Assembly (NCBI GenBank): GCA_965203355.1
Contig: OZ241889.1
Span: 576,001-640,000 of the forward strand
DNA: 64,000 bases
Source of the DNA: Candidatus Latescibacterota bacterium
GTDB taxonomy: Bacteria > Latescibacterota > UBA2968 > UBA8231
Direction: 5' to 3'
The position numbers and the translations under genes are program-made. Positions 21,104 to 31,599 of this stretch are shown here, in pieces. How positions within the stretch are numbered: the stretch's first letter is position 1; the number at the start of each line of letters is the position of its first letter. The notes below the pieces were generated by a model that saw only the letters and a list, made by a program, of their open reading frames with translations, was not told the DNA's origin and did no database searches.

Positions 21104-24100
21104 GTGAACCGAAAAACCATCTTTTCAACGTATTTGAAAAATCTCGCTTCCGTGGCCCGACAAGGCGACGCGCGGGAGGAGAGCTTCTACCCGGCACTGG
21201 CAAAGATGCTGGAGGAAATAGCCTGTGAAGGCGTACACGTCACCACGCTTCCTCGACCCACCGAGGGCAGCAACCCAGATTTCCGTCTCTGGAACGGGAC
21301 GGATCGGATAATCGGCTATGTCGAGGCGAAGAAGCCGACCGAAGAGCGGCTGGATATTATCGAAAAATCCGAACAACTCAAACGCTACCGCGCTACGTTT
21401 CCGAATCTCATTCTCACCAACTTTCTTGAGTTCCGCTTGTACCGGAACGGCACTCCTATCCAGACGGTACAGGCAGGGCGGCCCTTGATACTCAACCAAA
21501 TTCGCACCACACCCCCGCTCGAAAACCAAGATGACCTCTACGCTTTGCTCGACCGCTTCTTGGACTTTGCGCTGCCCCAGACCTTTACCGCTGAATCTCT
21601 CGCTGTCGAACTGGCCAAGCGCACGCGCCTTCTCCGCGATGTGATCGGCGAACAGTTCCAACAGGAACGAAAAAGTCCCGGCCAGCTCTCCGGCTTCTTT
21701 GAGGCGTTCCAGACCTACCTTATCGGCTCGCTGACGCCTGCGGATTTCGCCGATCTGTTCGCGCAAACCATTACCTACGGTTTGTTCGCCGCCCGCACCC
21801 GGGCCGACAATGGCTTCAACCGGCGCGCTGCGTTCGACAATATCCCACATACCATCGGCGTCCTCCGCGATTTGTTTCGCTTCATTTCGCTCGACGAATT
21901 GCCCGATCCGCTCGCTTGGTGCGTAGATGACCTCGCCGAAGTCTTGGCCGTGGCCGACGCGCCCGGCATTCTGGATCGCTACTACCACGAAGGCAAAGGC
22001 AGCGACCCAATCGTGCATTTCTACGAGACTTTCCTAGCGCAATATGACCCCGAAGAGCGCGAGCGACGGGGAGTGTATTACACGCCCGAACCAGTAGTTG
22101 GCTACATCGTGCGTTCCCTGCACGGACTGCTCAAGACGGAATTCGACAAGCGCGACGGTCTCGCCTCTGATGGTGTGACGTTACTCGATCCCGCAGCGGG
22201 GACCATGACTTTTGTCGCTCGCGCCGCCCAAGAAGCTGTCGCCGAGTTTGAGGCCAATTATGGCAGCGGCGGAAAAGAGGATTTTATCCGTCGGCATATT
22301 CTCAGAAACTTCTATGCCCTTGAGTTGATGATGGCACCCTACGCGGTCGGCCATCTCAAGATGAGCTTTTTTCTAGAAGAACTCGGCCACCGTCTCGCCG
22401 ATGACGAGCGCGTTCCCTTCTATCTCACCAATACGCTCGACACCGAAAAATTGGAACAGAGCCGTTTGCCCGGCCTCTCCGCCCTAGCCGAGGAATCCCG
22501 CTTGGCCGACGAGGTCAAGAATCAGACCCCAATTCTGCTCATCTTGGGCAACCCGCCCTATTCGGGCCACTCGAGCAATATGGGTGAGTGGATACGGGGA
22601 TTGATCGACGATTATAAGCAAGTGGACGGCAAGCCACTGGATGAGAAAAACCCGAAGTGGCTCCAAGACGATTACGTCAAGTTTCTCCGTTTTGCCCAGT
22701 GGAAAATCGATCAAGCGGGACGCGGCATCGTGGGGATGATCACCAACCACAGTTACCTCGACAACCCCACCTTTCGCGGGATGCGCCAGAGCCTGATGCG
22801 TACCTTCGATGATATTTACATTTTCGACCTGCACGGCAATGCGTTGAAAAAAGAAACCGGCCCCGGTGGGAGTCTGGACCAGAACGTCTTCGACATTCGG
22901 CAGGGCGTGGCTATTGCTTTTTTCGTCAAACGTGATACTAAGAAAAAGTGCGATGCTGAGGTTCATCACGCCGAACTATACGGAATCCGTGAGAGCAAGT
23001 ACGACTGGCTGGACGCCCATGACCGGGGTAGCACTGAGTGGCAAAAGATAAAGCCGACCTTACCGTTCTATATATTTGCGCCGCGTGATGATGCGCTCGA
23101 AGCCAAATATCTCCGCTTCACTTCCATTCCTGATGTATTCCCGGTCAACAGCGTCGGCATCGTCACCGCACGCGACCGCCTGACGATTCGCTGGTCAGAG
23201 CAAGAGGCGTGGGATACGGTCCGCACTTTTTTAAAGATGGAGCCAGAACTGGCTCGGCAGGGATACAAACTCGGCAAAGATGCGCCAGATTGGAAAGTGA
23301 AGATGGCTCAGGAGGATTTGCTGGCTTCCGGCCCTACCCGAGAGAAAGTGGTTCCGATTTTGTACCGGCCCTTTGATATGCGCCATACTTATTATACTGG
23401 CCGATCACGCGGTTTCATTTGTAGGCCCCGCTCCGAAGTTATGCAGAATATGCTGGCCGGGGAGAATCTGGCGCTGTGTATTGGACGCCAAGGGCATGTT
23501 GTCGGTGCGGGTGAATGGAATCTGATATATTGCTCACAGAGGATGGCGGACCTCAACCTGTTCTATCGCGGCGGAAACGTGAACTTCCCTCTCTACCTCT
23601 ATCCTGTCGCCGACCTCGACGACCTCTTTGCTCACCACGAGGCGTCCGAACGACAACCGAATCTGAACCCCAAGTTAGTTGCGGCCCTAACAAAAGCACA
23701 CGACCGAGCGCCCGCGCCCGAAGACATTTTCTACTATATCTACGCCATTCTGTATGCTCCATCCTACCGTGAGAAATACGCTGAGTTTCTACGGACCGAT
23801 TTCCCGCGTGTTCCGTTCACAAAGGACCGGAAACTATTTACAGAACTCGCCGCTTTTGGTAAACGACTAGCTGAACTGCATCTTCTCAAATCACTGGAAC
23901 TCGACCCACCGACTTGTCGCTTCGAGGGCCAAGGCGATTCGGTCGTCGCAAGGACGAAGGCGCAGGGCTTTCGTTATGATGACGAGGAACAGCGTATGTA
24001 TGTCAACAAGACGCAGTATTTCGGTCCTGTTTCCCCAGCGGTTTATAAATATCATATCGGCGGCTACCAAGTCTGCGACAAGTGGTTAAAAGATCGCAAA

Positions 24101-24244
24101 GACCGCTGTCTCGACCTCGACGGTATCCGCACCTACTGTAGGCTTGTGACGGCCATCGGGCTGACACTTGAGGTTCAGCAAGAGCTCGACCTGGTGTATG
24201 CTGATACCGAGCATGATCTGGTGCTGATTTCGGCACCGAAATGA
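21104..24244 (+). CDS. Single-chain type IIG/ISP-like restriction-modification enzyme (nuclease, N6-adenine MTase, C-terminal specificity domain)
   Basis: PDF...YVEAK nuclease motif, GVYYTP, LDPAAGT motif I, GNPPY motif IV, and an ISP-type C-terminus (YRPFD, IGGYQVCDKWLKDR). AAGGAG RBS before GTG 21104. Confidence 0.88.
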   Translation: MNRKTIFSTYLKNLASVARQGDAREESFYPALAKMLEEIACEGVHVTTLPRPTEGSNPDFRLWNGTDRIIGYVEAKKPTEERLDIIEKSEQLKRYRATFPNLILTNFLEFRLYRNGTPIQTVQAGRPLILNQIRTTPPLENQDDLYALLDRFLDFALPQTFTAESLAVELAKRTRLLRDVIGEQFQQERKSPGQLSGFFEAFQTYLIGSLTPADFADLFAQTITYGLFAARTRADNGFNRRAAFDNIPHTIGVLRDLFRFISLDELPDPLAWCVDDLAEVLAVADAPGILDRYYHEGKGSDPIVHFYETFLAQYDPEERERRGVYYTPEPVVGYIVRSLHGLLKTEFDKRDGLASDGVTLLDPAAGTMTFVARAAQEAVAEFEANYGSGGKEDFIRRHILRNFYALELMMAPYAVGHLKMSFFLEELGHRLADDERVPFYLTNTLDTEKLEQSRLPGLSALAEESRLADEVKNQTPILLILGNPPYSGHSSNMGEWIRGLIDDYKQVDGKPLDEKNPKWLQDDYVKFLRFAQWKIDQAGRGIVGMITNHSYLDNPTFRGMRQSLMRTFDDIYIFDLHGNALKKETGPGGSLDQNVFDIRQGVAIAFFVKRDTKKKCDAEVHHAELYGIRESKYDWLDAHDRGSTEWQKIKPTLPFYIFAPRDDALEAKYLRFTSIPDVFPVNSVGIVTARDRLTIRWSEQEAWDTVRTFLKMEPELARQGYKLGKDAPDWKVKMAQEDLLASGPTREKVVPILYRPFDMRHTYYTGRSRGFICRPRSEVMQNMLAGENLALCIGRQGHVVGAGEWNLIYCSQRMADLNLFYRGGNVNFPLYLYPVADLDDLFAHHEASERQPNLNPKLVAALTKAHDRAPAPEDIFYYIYAILYAPSYREKYAEFLRTDFPRVPFTKDRKLFTELAAFGKRLAELHLLKSLELDPPTCRFEGQGDSVVARTKAQGFRYDDEEQRMYVNKTQYFGPVSPAVYKYHIGGYQVCDKWLKDRKDRCLDLDGIRTYCRLVTAIGLTLEVQQELDLVYADTEHDLVLISAPK

Positions 24245-24248
24245 ATCA

Positions 24249-25142
24249 ATGAGGAAAACAACCCGCTACCGCGACCGCCAAACCGGGGCCATCATCGTCG
24301 AACACGTTCCGGGGCAGTCGCTTCTCCACTGGTTCTACGGCACGAGCACGGGGCACCTTGTTTTTCGCGCCGTCTTCAATCGGCCTCTTTGCTCCCGCTT
24401 CTATGGCTGGTGGCAGCAAAGCACTTGGACGCGGCGTCAGATCCGCCCTTTTGTCGAGCGCTATCGCATTGATCTCGGCGAAATCGAACACCCTCTCAGC
24501 CACTATTCCAGCTTCAACGACTTCTTTATTCGCCGCCTCAAACCCGGGGCCAGGCCCTGCGACCCCGCGCCCGAGCGCCTCTGTTGCCCGGCCGACGGCA
24601 AGGTCCTCGTCTATCCGCAGCGCACAGCCGAGGATGTGTTGCCGGTCAAAAGCGACCACCTCGCGGCTCGCGAGCTCCTAGCCGCAACAATCGACCCCAC
24701 TCCATATCACGGCGGTGCCGCCCTCGTCGTGCGCCTCGCCCCCTACGACTATCACCGCTTCCACTTCCCAGCCGACGGCCAAGTAGGGCCAACCCAGTGG
24801 ATCGACGGCACCTATCACTCGGTCAACCCCATCGCCCGCGCCCGCGTACCCGACGTTTTCCACCGCAACCGGCGCTCCGTCTGCGAGCTGACGACGCCCA
24901 CCTTCGGCAGGATAGCCTATATCGAGGTCGGGGCAATCAACGTCGCCAGCATCGTCCAGACGCACTCAATAGGACCTTGCGAGCGCGGCCAAGAAAAGGG
25001 CTTTTTCCAATTCGGCGGATCGACCGTCGTGTTGCTTTTCGAGCCGGGGGCGATTGCCTTTGACAGCGACCTAGTCGCCGACTCTGCGGCCGGCCTAGAG
25101 GTACACGTCTCGACCGGAGCCGGCGTCGGCAGCCGCGCTTGA
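24249..25142 (+). CDS. psd: Phosphatidylserine decarboxylase proenzyme
   Basis: SFNDFFIRRLK, PADG, RLAPYDYHRFH and the GGST self-cleavage motif. Confidence 0.92.
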   Translation: MRKTTRYRDRQTGAIIVEHVPGQSLLHWFYGTSTGHLVFRAVFNRPLCSRFYGWWQQSTWTRRQIRPFVERYRIDLGEIEHPLSHYSSFNDFFIRRLKPGARPCDPAPERLCCPADGKVLVYPQRTAEDVLPVKSDHLAARELLAATIDPTPYHGGAALVVRLAPYDYHRFHFPADGQVGPTQWIDGTYHSVNPIARARVPDVFHRNRRSVCELTTPTFGRIAYIEVGAINVASIVQTHSIGPCERGQEKGFFQFGGSTVVLLFEPGAIAFDSDLVADSAAGLEVHVSTGAGVGSRA

Positions 25143-25204
25143 CCCGCTCCGGCGGCTTCGGCAAATTTTCCGCTCGGCCAACCCCTTACCTTTGGAGGCT
25201 ACTC

Positions 25205-26191
25205 ATGTCCCGGCAAATGCGCGTAGGTCTGGGCCAGTTCAACGAACTCACCGACGAAAAGCTCGCCTTTATCAAGCAGATGGGCTGCGACGACTTTTTG
25301 ATGAATACCCCTAAACTCCCCGGCGACAAGCAATGGGAATACGAGGACTTGGCCGCCCTCAAAAAGCGGGCCGACGACGCCGAACTGCGGCTGATGGCAC
25401 TGGAAAATGTGCCCATCTCGTTTTACGACGAGATCATGCTCGGCCAAAATGGCCGCGAAGAACAGCTTCAGCACATGATCAACACCGTGCGCAACATGGG
25501 CCAGGCCGGCATCCCGATCCTAGGCTATCACTGGATGCCCAACAGCGTCTGGCGCACGCCTGAGCCGGCGACCTTGCGCGGCGGCGCCCGCGCCACTCGC
25601 TTTGCCCTCGCCGAGCACGACCCCGAAGAGCAGACCCACGGCCGCGTCTTCACCCACGAGGAGATGTGGGAAAACTACTGCTGGTATTTGGAGCGCATCC
25701 TGCCCGTAGCCGAGGAAGCTAACGTGCGCCTGGCCCTGCACCCAGACGATCCGCCCACCGGCACAACCCTCGGTGGCATAGCGCGAATTTGCAGTTCGTT
25801 CGACGACTTTAAGCGCAACATGGACACCTTCGACAGCCCGCATCACGGCCTCGACTTCTGCATGGGGTGCTGGTCGGAGATGGGGGGCCACGCCAGCGTC
25901 ATCCGCGCCGTCCGCCACTTTGGCGGGCAAAAGAAAATCATTTACATCCACTTCCGCGATGTCATCGGGCCGGTGGAGGATTTCCACGAGACCTTCATCG
26001 ACTGCGGCCAAGTCGATACCTTCGAGGTCGTCAAGACGCTTAAGGCGGTTGGTTTCGACGGCTTTATGATCACCGACCACGTGCCTCATATTGTCGATGA
26101 CTCGCCTTGGGGGCACCGGGGACGCGCTCATTGCGTGGGCTTTATGCAGGCCCTCATCCAAGTGGTCGACAAGCTCGGCGCACAACCTTGA
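25205..26191 (+). CDS. Mannonate dehydratase (UxuA) family protein, second paralog
   Basis: HPDDPP, HFRDV, ETFID and DHVP motifs. GGAGG RBS. Confidence 0.85.
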   Translation: MSRQMRVGLGQFNELTDEKLAFIKQMGCDDFLMNTPKLPGDKQWEYEDLAALKKRADDAELRLMALENVPISFYDEIMLGQNGREEQLQHMINTVRNMGQAGIPILGYHWMPNSVWRTPEPATLRGGARATRFALAEHDPEEQTHGRVFTHEEMWENYCWYLERILPVAEEANVRLALHPDDPPTGTTLGGIARICSSFDDFKRNMDTFDSPHHGLDFCMGCWSEMGGHASVIRAVRHFGGQKKIIYIHFRDVIGPVEDFHETFIDCGQVDTFEVVKTLKAVGFDGFMITDHVPHIVDDSPWGHRGRAHCVGFMQALIQVVDKLGAQP

Positions 26192-27009
26192 GCCATATAG
26201 TCCACCAGCCCATCGGCCGGCCGAGCACAAGTCTCCTTCTTACACTCCTGCTGGCCATCTCGGCGCTAGCCCAAGACGAGCGTCCCCCTATATCAATCCC
26301 CCAACCCGAACGCCAGCTTGCAACGCCGGCATCGGGCCGCCCCTTGACCATAGTTCAAGTGAGCTACGACAACGCGATCAAGGAGCGCGACTACCTTTCG
26401 CTGGCCGTGCGAGAATTGGTGACGTATACCCACATGTCAACCCAACTCAAAGTGCCGTTGCACTCGCGCACCCTCGCGCTCGACGACCCGCGCATCGCAG
26501 ACGCACTGATGCTCTACATGACCGGCTTCGACTGCGTCGTGCAGATGAGCGACTCCGAAAAGAAAAACCTCGCCCACTACCTGCACAGCGGCGGCCTGCT
26601 TTTCGCCGAGGATATCTTGCCTTTGGCGGCGAATTTGCGCGGGGAGGCTGGCGTAGCCGGCACCCCCTTCGACCGGCAGTTCAAGGCCCTGCTCAAAGAT
26701 CCGCAAGTCCTCGGCAACGACGGAGCGCGCTGGCGCAAGTTACCCAAGAGCGACCCCCTGTATTCGGTCTATTTCGACTTCCCCGATGGGCCACCCCTAA
26801 GCGGCACAAACCGAGGCAATGTCTCCGCCTTGGAAGCCATAGAGCTCAAGGGCCGGACCGCCGTTATTTTTAGCGACCTCAACATTAGCTGGTTCTGGGG
26901 CAACCTCGACGCCGAAGGTCGCAACCGCAGCTTGCAGTTCGGCACCAACCTCTTGATCTACGCGCTAGCGCAAAAATACGCCGGCCGCTCCCTGCCTGTC
27001 GGGCGCTGA
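26188..27009 (+). CDS. DUF4159-like secreted protein
   Basis: Signal peptide, LYMTG, YLHSGGLLFAED and FGTNLLIYAL motifs. TTGA overlap with the upstream gene. Confidence 0.7.
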   Translation: MSHIVHQPIGRPSTSLLLTLLLAISALAQDERPPISIPQPERQLATPASGRPLTIVQVSYDNAIKERDYLSLAVRELVTYTHMSTQLKVPLHSRTLALDDPRIADALMLYMTGFDCVVQMSDSEKKNLAHYLHSGGLLFAEDILPLAANLRGEAGVAGTPFDRQFKALLKDPQVLGNDGARWRKLPKSDPLYSVYFDFPDGPPLSGTNRGNVSALEAIELKGRTAVIFSDLNISWFWGNLDAEGRNRSLQFGTNLLIYALAQKYAGRSLPVGR

Positions 27010-27010
27010 G

Positions 27011-27946
27011 ATGAACGCTGCGGCGCGCTCGGCCCCCATTCGCGCCGACCTCCTGCTCCTGCTCACAGCCCTGATCTGGGGCTTTGCCTTCGTCGCCCAA
27101 CGCGCCGGCATGGAACACGTCGGGCCTTTCTTCTTCAATGGCGTCCGCTTTGCCCTCGGCTGCTTGCCGCTGTTGCCGTTTGTCCTGCGCGCCTCTGCCA
27201 CGCCGCTTGCCGCGCGCCTCGGCCACGCCCTCCCCGGCGGCCTGCTCGCCGGGCTTTTTCTTTTCGTCGGATCGTCCCTGCAACAGGTCGGCATCGTCTA
27301 TACCACGGCCGGCAAGGCCGGATTCATCACCGGGCTATACGTAACGCTGGTGCCGATTCTCGGCTGGGTGCTAAAGTATCGCAGTCGCCGAAGCACTTGG
27401 ACCGGCGCGCTGGTGGCAACCGGCGGCCTGTACCTGCTGAGCGTGGAGCCGCCCCTAACCATTGCCCGCGGCGACGCGCTCGTGCTCGCCAGCGCGTTCT
27501 TTTGGGCGGGGCACGTGCTGGTCATCGGCCGCCTCTCGCGGCAACTCGATTGGGCGATACTGGCTTTTCTGCAATTCCTCGTCTGCGCGACGCTCAGTAT
27601 GGCCGTCGCCCTGGGCACCGAACACCTCGCCCTGCAACCGCTCGCCGATGCGGCCCTACCCGTGTTTTACGGCGGTGTGCTGTCGGTGGGCGTGGCGTAC
27701 ACCTTGCAGGTAGTGGCTCAGCGGCAGGCGGCTCCCGGCCACGCGGCCATCCTCCTGAGTCTGGAGACGGTTTTCGCCGCGCTGGGGGGATGGCTTTTGC
27801 TCGACGAGGCAATGCCCTTGCGCGGGCTGATCGGCTGTGGGCTGATGTTCGCGGGGATGCTGATCTCGCAGGGGAGATGGCGGCGGCGGGGAGGCTCTGG
27901 GCGAGTGCATGACAATATACGATGCGACCGGATTGCCGCCGGGTGA
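27011..27946 (+). CDS. DMT/EamA family transporter
   Basis: About 10 TM helices. IWGFAFVAQ, KAGFITGLY and LSLETVF motifs. Confidence 0.92.
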   Translation: MNAAARSAPIRADLLLLLTALIWGFAFVAQRAGMEHVGPFFFNGVRFALGCLPLLPFVLRASATPLAARLGHALPGGLLAGLFLFVGSSLQQVGIVYTTAGKAGFITGLYVTLVPILGWVLKYRSRRSTWTGALVATGGLYLLSVEPPLTIARGDALVLASAFFWAGHVLVIGRLSRQLDWAILAFLQFLVCATLSMAVALGTEHLALQPLADAALPVFYGGVLSVGVAYTLQVVAQRQAAPGHAAILLSLETVFAALGGWLLLDEAMPLRGLIGCGLMFAGMLISQGRWRRRGGSGRVHDNIRCDRIAAG

Positions 27947-28024
27947 TCGCTTGCCCCTCCAACTCCCTTCGCCTACCTTCCCTCTCAAATCGCTACTACC
28001 GCCCCTTGTCGAGAGACCAATATC

Positions 28025-29218
28025 ATGGCCGAGCGCCCCAAAATCGCCGGTATCGTCACCGAATACCGCAAGTACTCCCACGCCCAGCACATCTGCGACC
28101 GCTTCCTCGAAGGCTACGGCTGGAACAGCCGACATCACTACCCGCCCATGGATCTGGTCTCGCTGTACGTGGACCAGCGGCCCGAAGGCGATCTGAGCCA
28201 AGAGCGGGCGGCCCGTTTTCCCCATATGGCGATCCATCCCACCGTCGCCGACGCCCTGACGCTGGGCGGCGCAGACTTGGCTGTGGATGGCGTCCTGCTC
28301 ATTGGCGAGCACGGCAGCTACGACCGCAACGAAAAGGGCCAGCACCTCTACCCGCGCTACGAGCTTTTCAAACAGATCGTCTCGGTCTATCGCACGACCG
28401 GCCAGCGCGCGCCCGTGTTCAACGACAAACATCTCTCTTGGAACTGGGACTGGTGCCAAGAGATGTACGATCTATCGCAAGAACTCGGCTTCGCCTTTAT
28501 GGCCGGCTCTTCGCTGCCGGTCACTTGGCGCACCCCCTCGCTCGACATGCCCCTTGGCGCCGAGGTCGAAGAAGCGGTCTGCGTCTGCTATGGCGGCGTC
28601 GATAGCTACGACTTCCACGGCTTGGAGACCTTGCAGTGCATGGTCGAGCGCAGAAAGAGCGGCGAGACCGGCGTTAAATGGCTTCGGGCCTATCGCGACG
28701 ATGCCTTCTGGCAGGCGCACGCCGAGGGCACGTGGTCGCGTGCGCTTTTTGAAGCCTGCCTCTGCCGCAGCCACACGCTCACTCCGGCACGACCTGGGTT
28801 CAACAATCCCTTCCCCACCATCGACGAGCTCAAGCACTTAGTCGAAAGCCCCGTCGCCTATCAGTACGAGCACGCCGATGGCCTCCTCTCGACCATGATA
28901 CTGATGAACGGGCTAGTCCAAGATTTCAACTTCGCCGCTCGGCTCAAAGGCCGGGACGAGCCGCTTTCTACTCAGATGTACTTGCCCATGCCCCCAGCCC
29001 GCACCACGCTGGCCAACTTCTTCAGCCCATTGGTCAACAACATCGAGCAGATGTTCCTGACCGGCAAAGCCACCTATCCGGTCGAACGCACACTGCTCAC
29101 CTCGGGCTTGGTCATCGCCGGTGTCGATAGCCTTCAGCAAGATCAAGCCCAAATAGCAACGCCTCATCTAAACATCGCCTATCAGGCCACCGAAGAATCC
29201 ACTTTCTGGAGGACGTAA
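28025..29218 (+). CDS. Conserved hypothetical protein, remote Gfo/Idh/MocA-like (paralog 1)
   Basis: Long ORF with host-like codon use. Shares DGVLLIGEHG, YPRY, NDKHLS and GSSLPVTWR with the next gene. Confidence 0.75.
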   Translation: MAERPKIAGIVTEYRKYSHAQHICDRFLEGYGWNSRHHYPPMDLVSLYVDQRPEGDLSQERAARFPHMAIHPTVADALTLGGADLAVDGVLLIGEHGSYDRNEKGQHLYPRYELFKQIVSVYRTTGQRAPVFNDKHLSWNWDWCQEMYDLSQELGFAFMAGSSLPVTWRTPSLDMPLGAEVEEAVCVCYGGVDSYDFHGLETLQCMVERRKSGETGVKWLRAYRDDAFWQAHAEGTWSRALFEACLCRSHTLTPARPGFNNPFPTIDELKHLVESPVAYQYEHADGLLSTMILMNGLVQDFNFAARLKGRDEPLSTQMYLPMPPARTTLANFFSPLVNNIEQMFLTGKATYPVERTLLTSGLVIAGVDSLQQDQAQIATPHLNIAYQATEESTFWRT

Positions 29219-29219
29219 A

Positions 29220-30503
29220 ATGGCCCAGCGCGGAAGACAGCAGTCCCACCCTCGGATGGAAACGACCCGCGAACCCGAACGCCAGACGCCGGGCCAGAGC
29301 GACGCCCTGCCCAGCCCAGACACTCATCCCAAACGCATCGCCGTTATCGCTACCATCTATCGCTATCTCTCGCACGCTCAGCACTTTGCCGACCGCTTCG
29401 CAATCGGCTATCCCTACGGTGGCCGCTGGCATCGCCCCAACGGCAAAATCGTCTCACTCTACGTCGATCAGCAGCCCGAAGGCGACCAAAGCCAAGACCG
29501 AGCACGCGAATTCGGCTTTGCCGTGTACCCCACCATCGCCGAGGCCCTGCGCGGCGGCGGCAGCGAATTGGCTTGCGACGCCGTACTAATCATCGGCGAG
29601 CACGGCGAGTATCCCAGCAACGACAAAGGACAGGTTCTGTACCCGCGCTACGAGTTTTTCAAAGAATGCGTCAAAGTCTTTGAGCAAGACGGCCGCACCG
29701 CGCCCATCTACAACGACAAGCACCTCTCCTACAGCTTTGACAAGGCGCGAGCAATGATCGCCGACAGCCACCGGCTCGGCTTCCCGATTCTCGCCGGTTC
29801 GTCGCTGCCGGTCACTTGGCGGCTGCCCGATGTCGAGCTGCCTTTGGGCTGCCAGATCGAAGAGGCCCTGATGATCGGCGTCGGCGGCTCCGATCCCATG
29901 GATTACCACGCGCTAGAAGCCATGCAGTGCATGATCGAGCGTCGCGCCGGCGGCGAGACCGGCGTCCAATCCGTGCAGTTAATCGAAGGAGACGATGTGT
30001 GGAAGGCAGGTGAGGACGGCCGCTATTCGCTGGAGCTGCTCGAATCCGCCCTCTCGCGCAGCGACTCTCCTCGCGGCAAAACCGACGAGGACGGCCGCAC
30101 CCAAAATCTACTCGGCAACGGCGAGTTGCCCCGGCTCGTCAAAGAGCCGGCCGCGTACTTCATCGAGCACAATGACGGCCTCGAGACGACCCTCCTGATG
30201 CTCAACGGTGCCGTCCGCGACTACTGCTTCGCCTGCAAGATCGCTGGCGAGGACGACCCCATCTCGACCCAATTCCTCTTGCCGCCGACGCCCAATGTCA
30301 CGTACTCGGCCTGCTTGGTAGCCAAGATCTGGGAGATGATCGAGACCGGCCGCGCCCCCTTTCCCGCCGAGCGCACCCTAATCGTCAGCGGCGCACTCGA
30401 AAGCTGCTTGACCTCCAAAGTGGAGGGCCACAAACGGCTCGAAACCCCCCATCTCAAGGTGGAGTACCAAGCGCCAGCCGAATCGCATCACGGCCGCTTC
30501 TGA
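29220..30503 (+). CDS. Conserved hypothetical protein, remote Gfo/Idh/MocA-like (paralog 2)
   Basis: Same motifs as 28025-29218. The start is uncertain. Confidence 0.75.
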   Translation: MAQRGRQQSHPRMETTREPERQTPGQSDALPSPDTHPKRIAVIATIYRYLSHAQHFADRFAIGYPYGGRWHRPNGKIVSLYVDQQPEGDQSQDRAREFGFAVYPTIAEALRGGGSELACDAVLIIGEHGEYPSNDKGQVLYPRYEFFKECVKVFEQDGRTAPIYNDKHLSYSFDKARAMIADSHRLGFPILAGSSLPVTWRLPDVELPLGCQIEEALMIGVGGSDPMDYHALEAMQCMIERRAGGETGVQSVQLIEGDDVWKAGEDGRYSLELLESALSRSDSPRGKTDEDGRTQNLLGNGELPRLVKEPAAYFIEHNDGLETTLLMLNGAVRDYCFACKIAGEDDPISTQFLLPPTPNVTYSACLVAKIWEMIETGRAPFPAERTLIVSGALESCLTSKVEGHKRLETPHLKVEYQAPAESHHGRF

Positions 30504-30543
30504 CAGACTTTAGAGCAACCTGCAAACGGAAAGGAAACCCCCC

Positions 30544-31563
30544 ATGTCCACCATCCCCACGCGCGCTTTGCGCACCGGCGTTGAGCTAAGCGCACTCGGC
30601 TTTGGCGGCGCTCCTTTAGGCGAGCTTTTCGACCCGGTCAGCGAAACCCAAGCCCAAGACACCCTGCAAGCAGCCTGGGACGCCGGCATCCGCTACTACG
30701 ACACCGCCCCGTTCTACGGCTATGGCAAAAGCGAACACCGCCTCGGCCACTTTCTCCGCCAGCAGAAGCGTAAGGACTTCGCGCTCTCGACCAAGGTCGG
30801 GCGAGTCCTCACAGCTACTCGCGACCTCGATTCTTTTGAAAAGGGCTTCTGGACCGGCGGCTTGCCTTTTGATTTCCGCTTTGACTACGGGTACGACGGC
30901 ATCATGCGCTCGTGGGAGGACAGCTTGCAGCGGCTGAGCCTCAATTCCATTGACCTGCTTCTGATCCACGACCTCGACAGCTTCTTCCACGACAGCGAGC
31001 AGCGCTTCTCTGCCCACCTCAACCACCTAATCACCAGCGGTTGGCGCGCCCTCGACGAACTGCGCGCGCAGGGGCTGATCAAGGCCGTCGGCGCGGGCCT
31101 CAACCGCATGGGGGCCATGCCGCGCCTGCTCGACGCGGCCGACCTCGACTTCTGCATCGTCGCCATGCCTTATACGCTCTTAGATCAAGATTCCCTCGAC
31201 GAAGAATTCCCGCTCTGCGCGGAGCGCGATGTGCGCATCGTCATTGGCGCGGTTTTCGCCTCCGGCATCCTCGCCTCCGGCCCGGTCGCAGGAGCTCGCT
31301 ATGCCTATGACACCGCCTCGCCCGAAATCCTCGAAAAGACCCGCCGTATCCAAGCCGTCTGCCAGCGGCACGGCGTGCCCTTGCCTGCCGCCGCCATGCA
31401 GTTCCCGCTCGGGAACCCCCGCGTCGCGGCGATTATCCCAGGGGCGCAGACACCGGAGCACATCGAGGCCAACGCCCAGTGGTTTCAGCACGAAATACCA
31501 ACGGATCTGTGGGCCGAGCTAAAGGCGGAAGGATTGTTGCGGGAAGACGCGCCAACGCCGTAA
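30544..31563 (+). CDS. Aldo/keto reductase (D-threo-aldose 1-dehydrogenase-like)
   Basis: LGFGGAPLG, DTAPFYG, STKVGR and SLQRL...IHD motifs. Confidence 0.92.
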   Translation: MSTIPTRALRTGVELSALGFGGAPLGELFDPVSETQAQDTLQAAWDAGIRYYDTAPFYGYGKSEHRLGHFLRQQKRKDFALSTKVGRVLTATRDLDSFEKGFWTGGLPFDFRFDYGYDGIMRSWEDSLQRLSLNSIDLLLIHDLDSFFHDSEQRFSAHLNHLITSGWRALDELRAQGLIKAVGAGLNRMGAMPRLLDAADLDFCIVAMPYTLLDQDSLDEEFPLCAERDVRIVIGAVFASGILASGPVAGARYAYDTASPEILEKTRRIQAVCQRHGVPLPAAAMQFPLGNPRVAAIIPGAQTPEHIEANAQWFQHEIPTDLWAELKAEGLLREDAPTP

Positions 31564-31599
31564 GCGGTCCCAAGCCGGCGACACGGGCACGACCGAACG

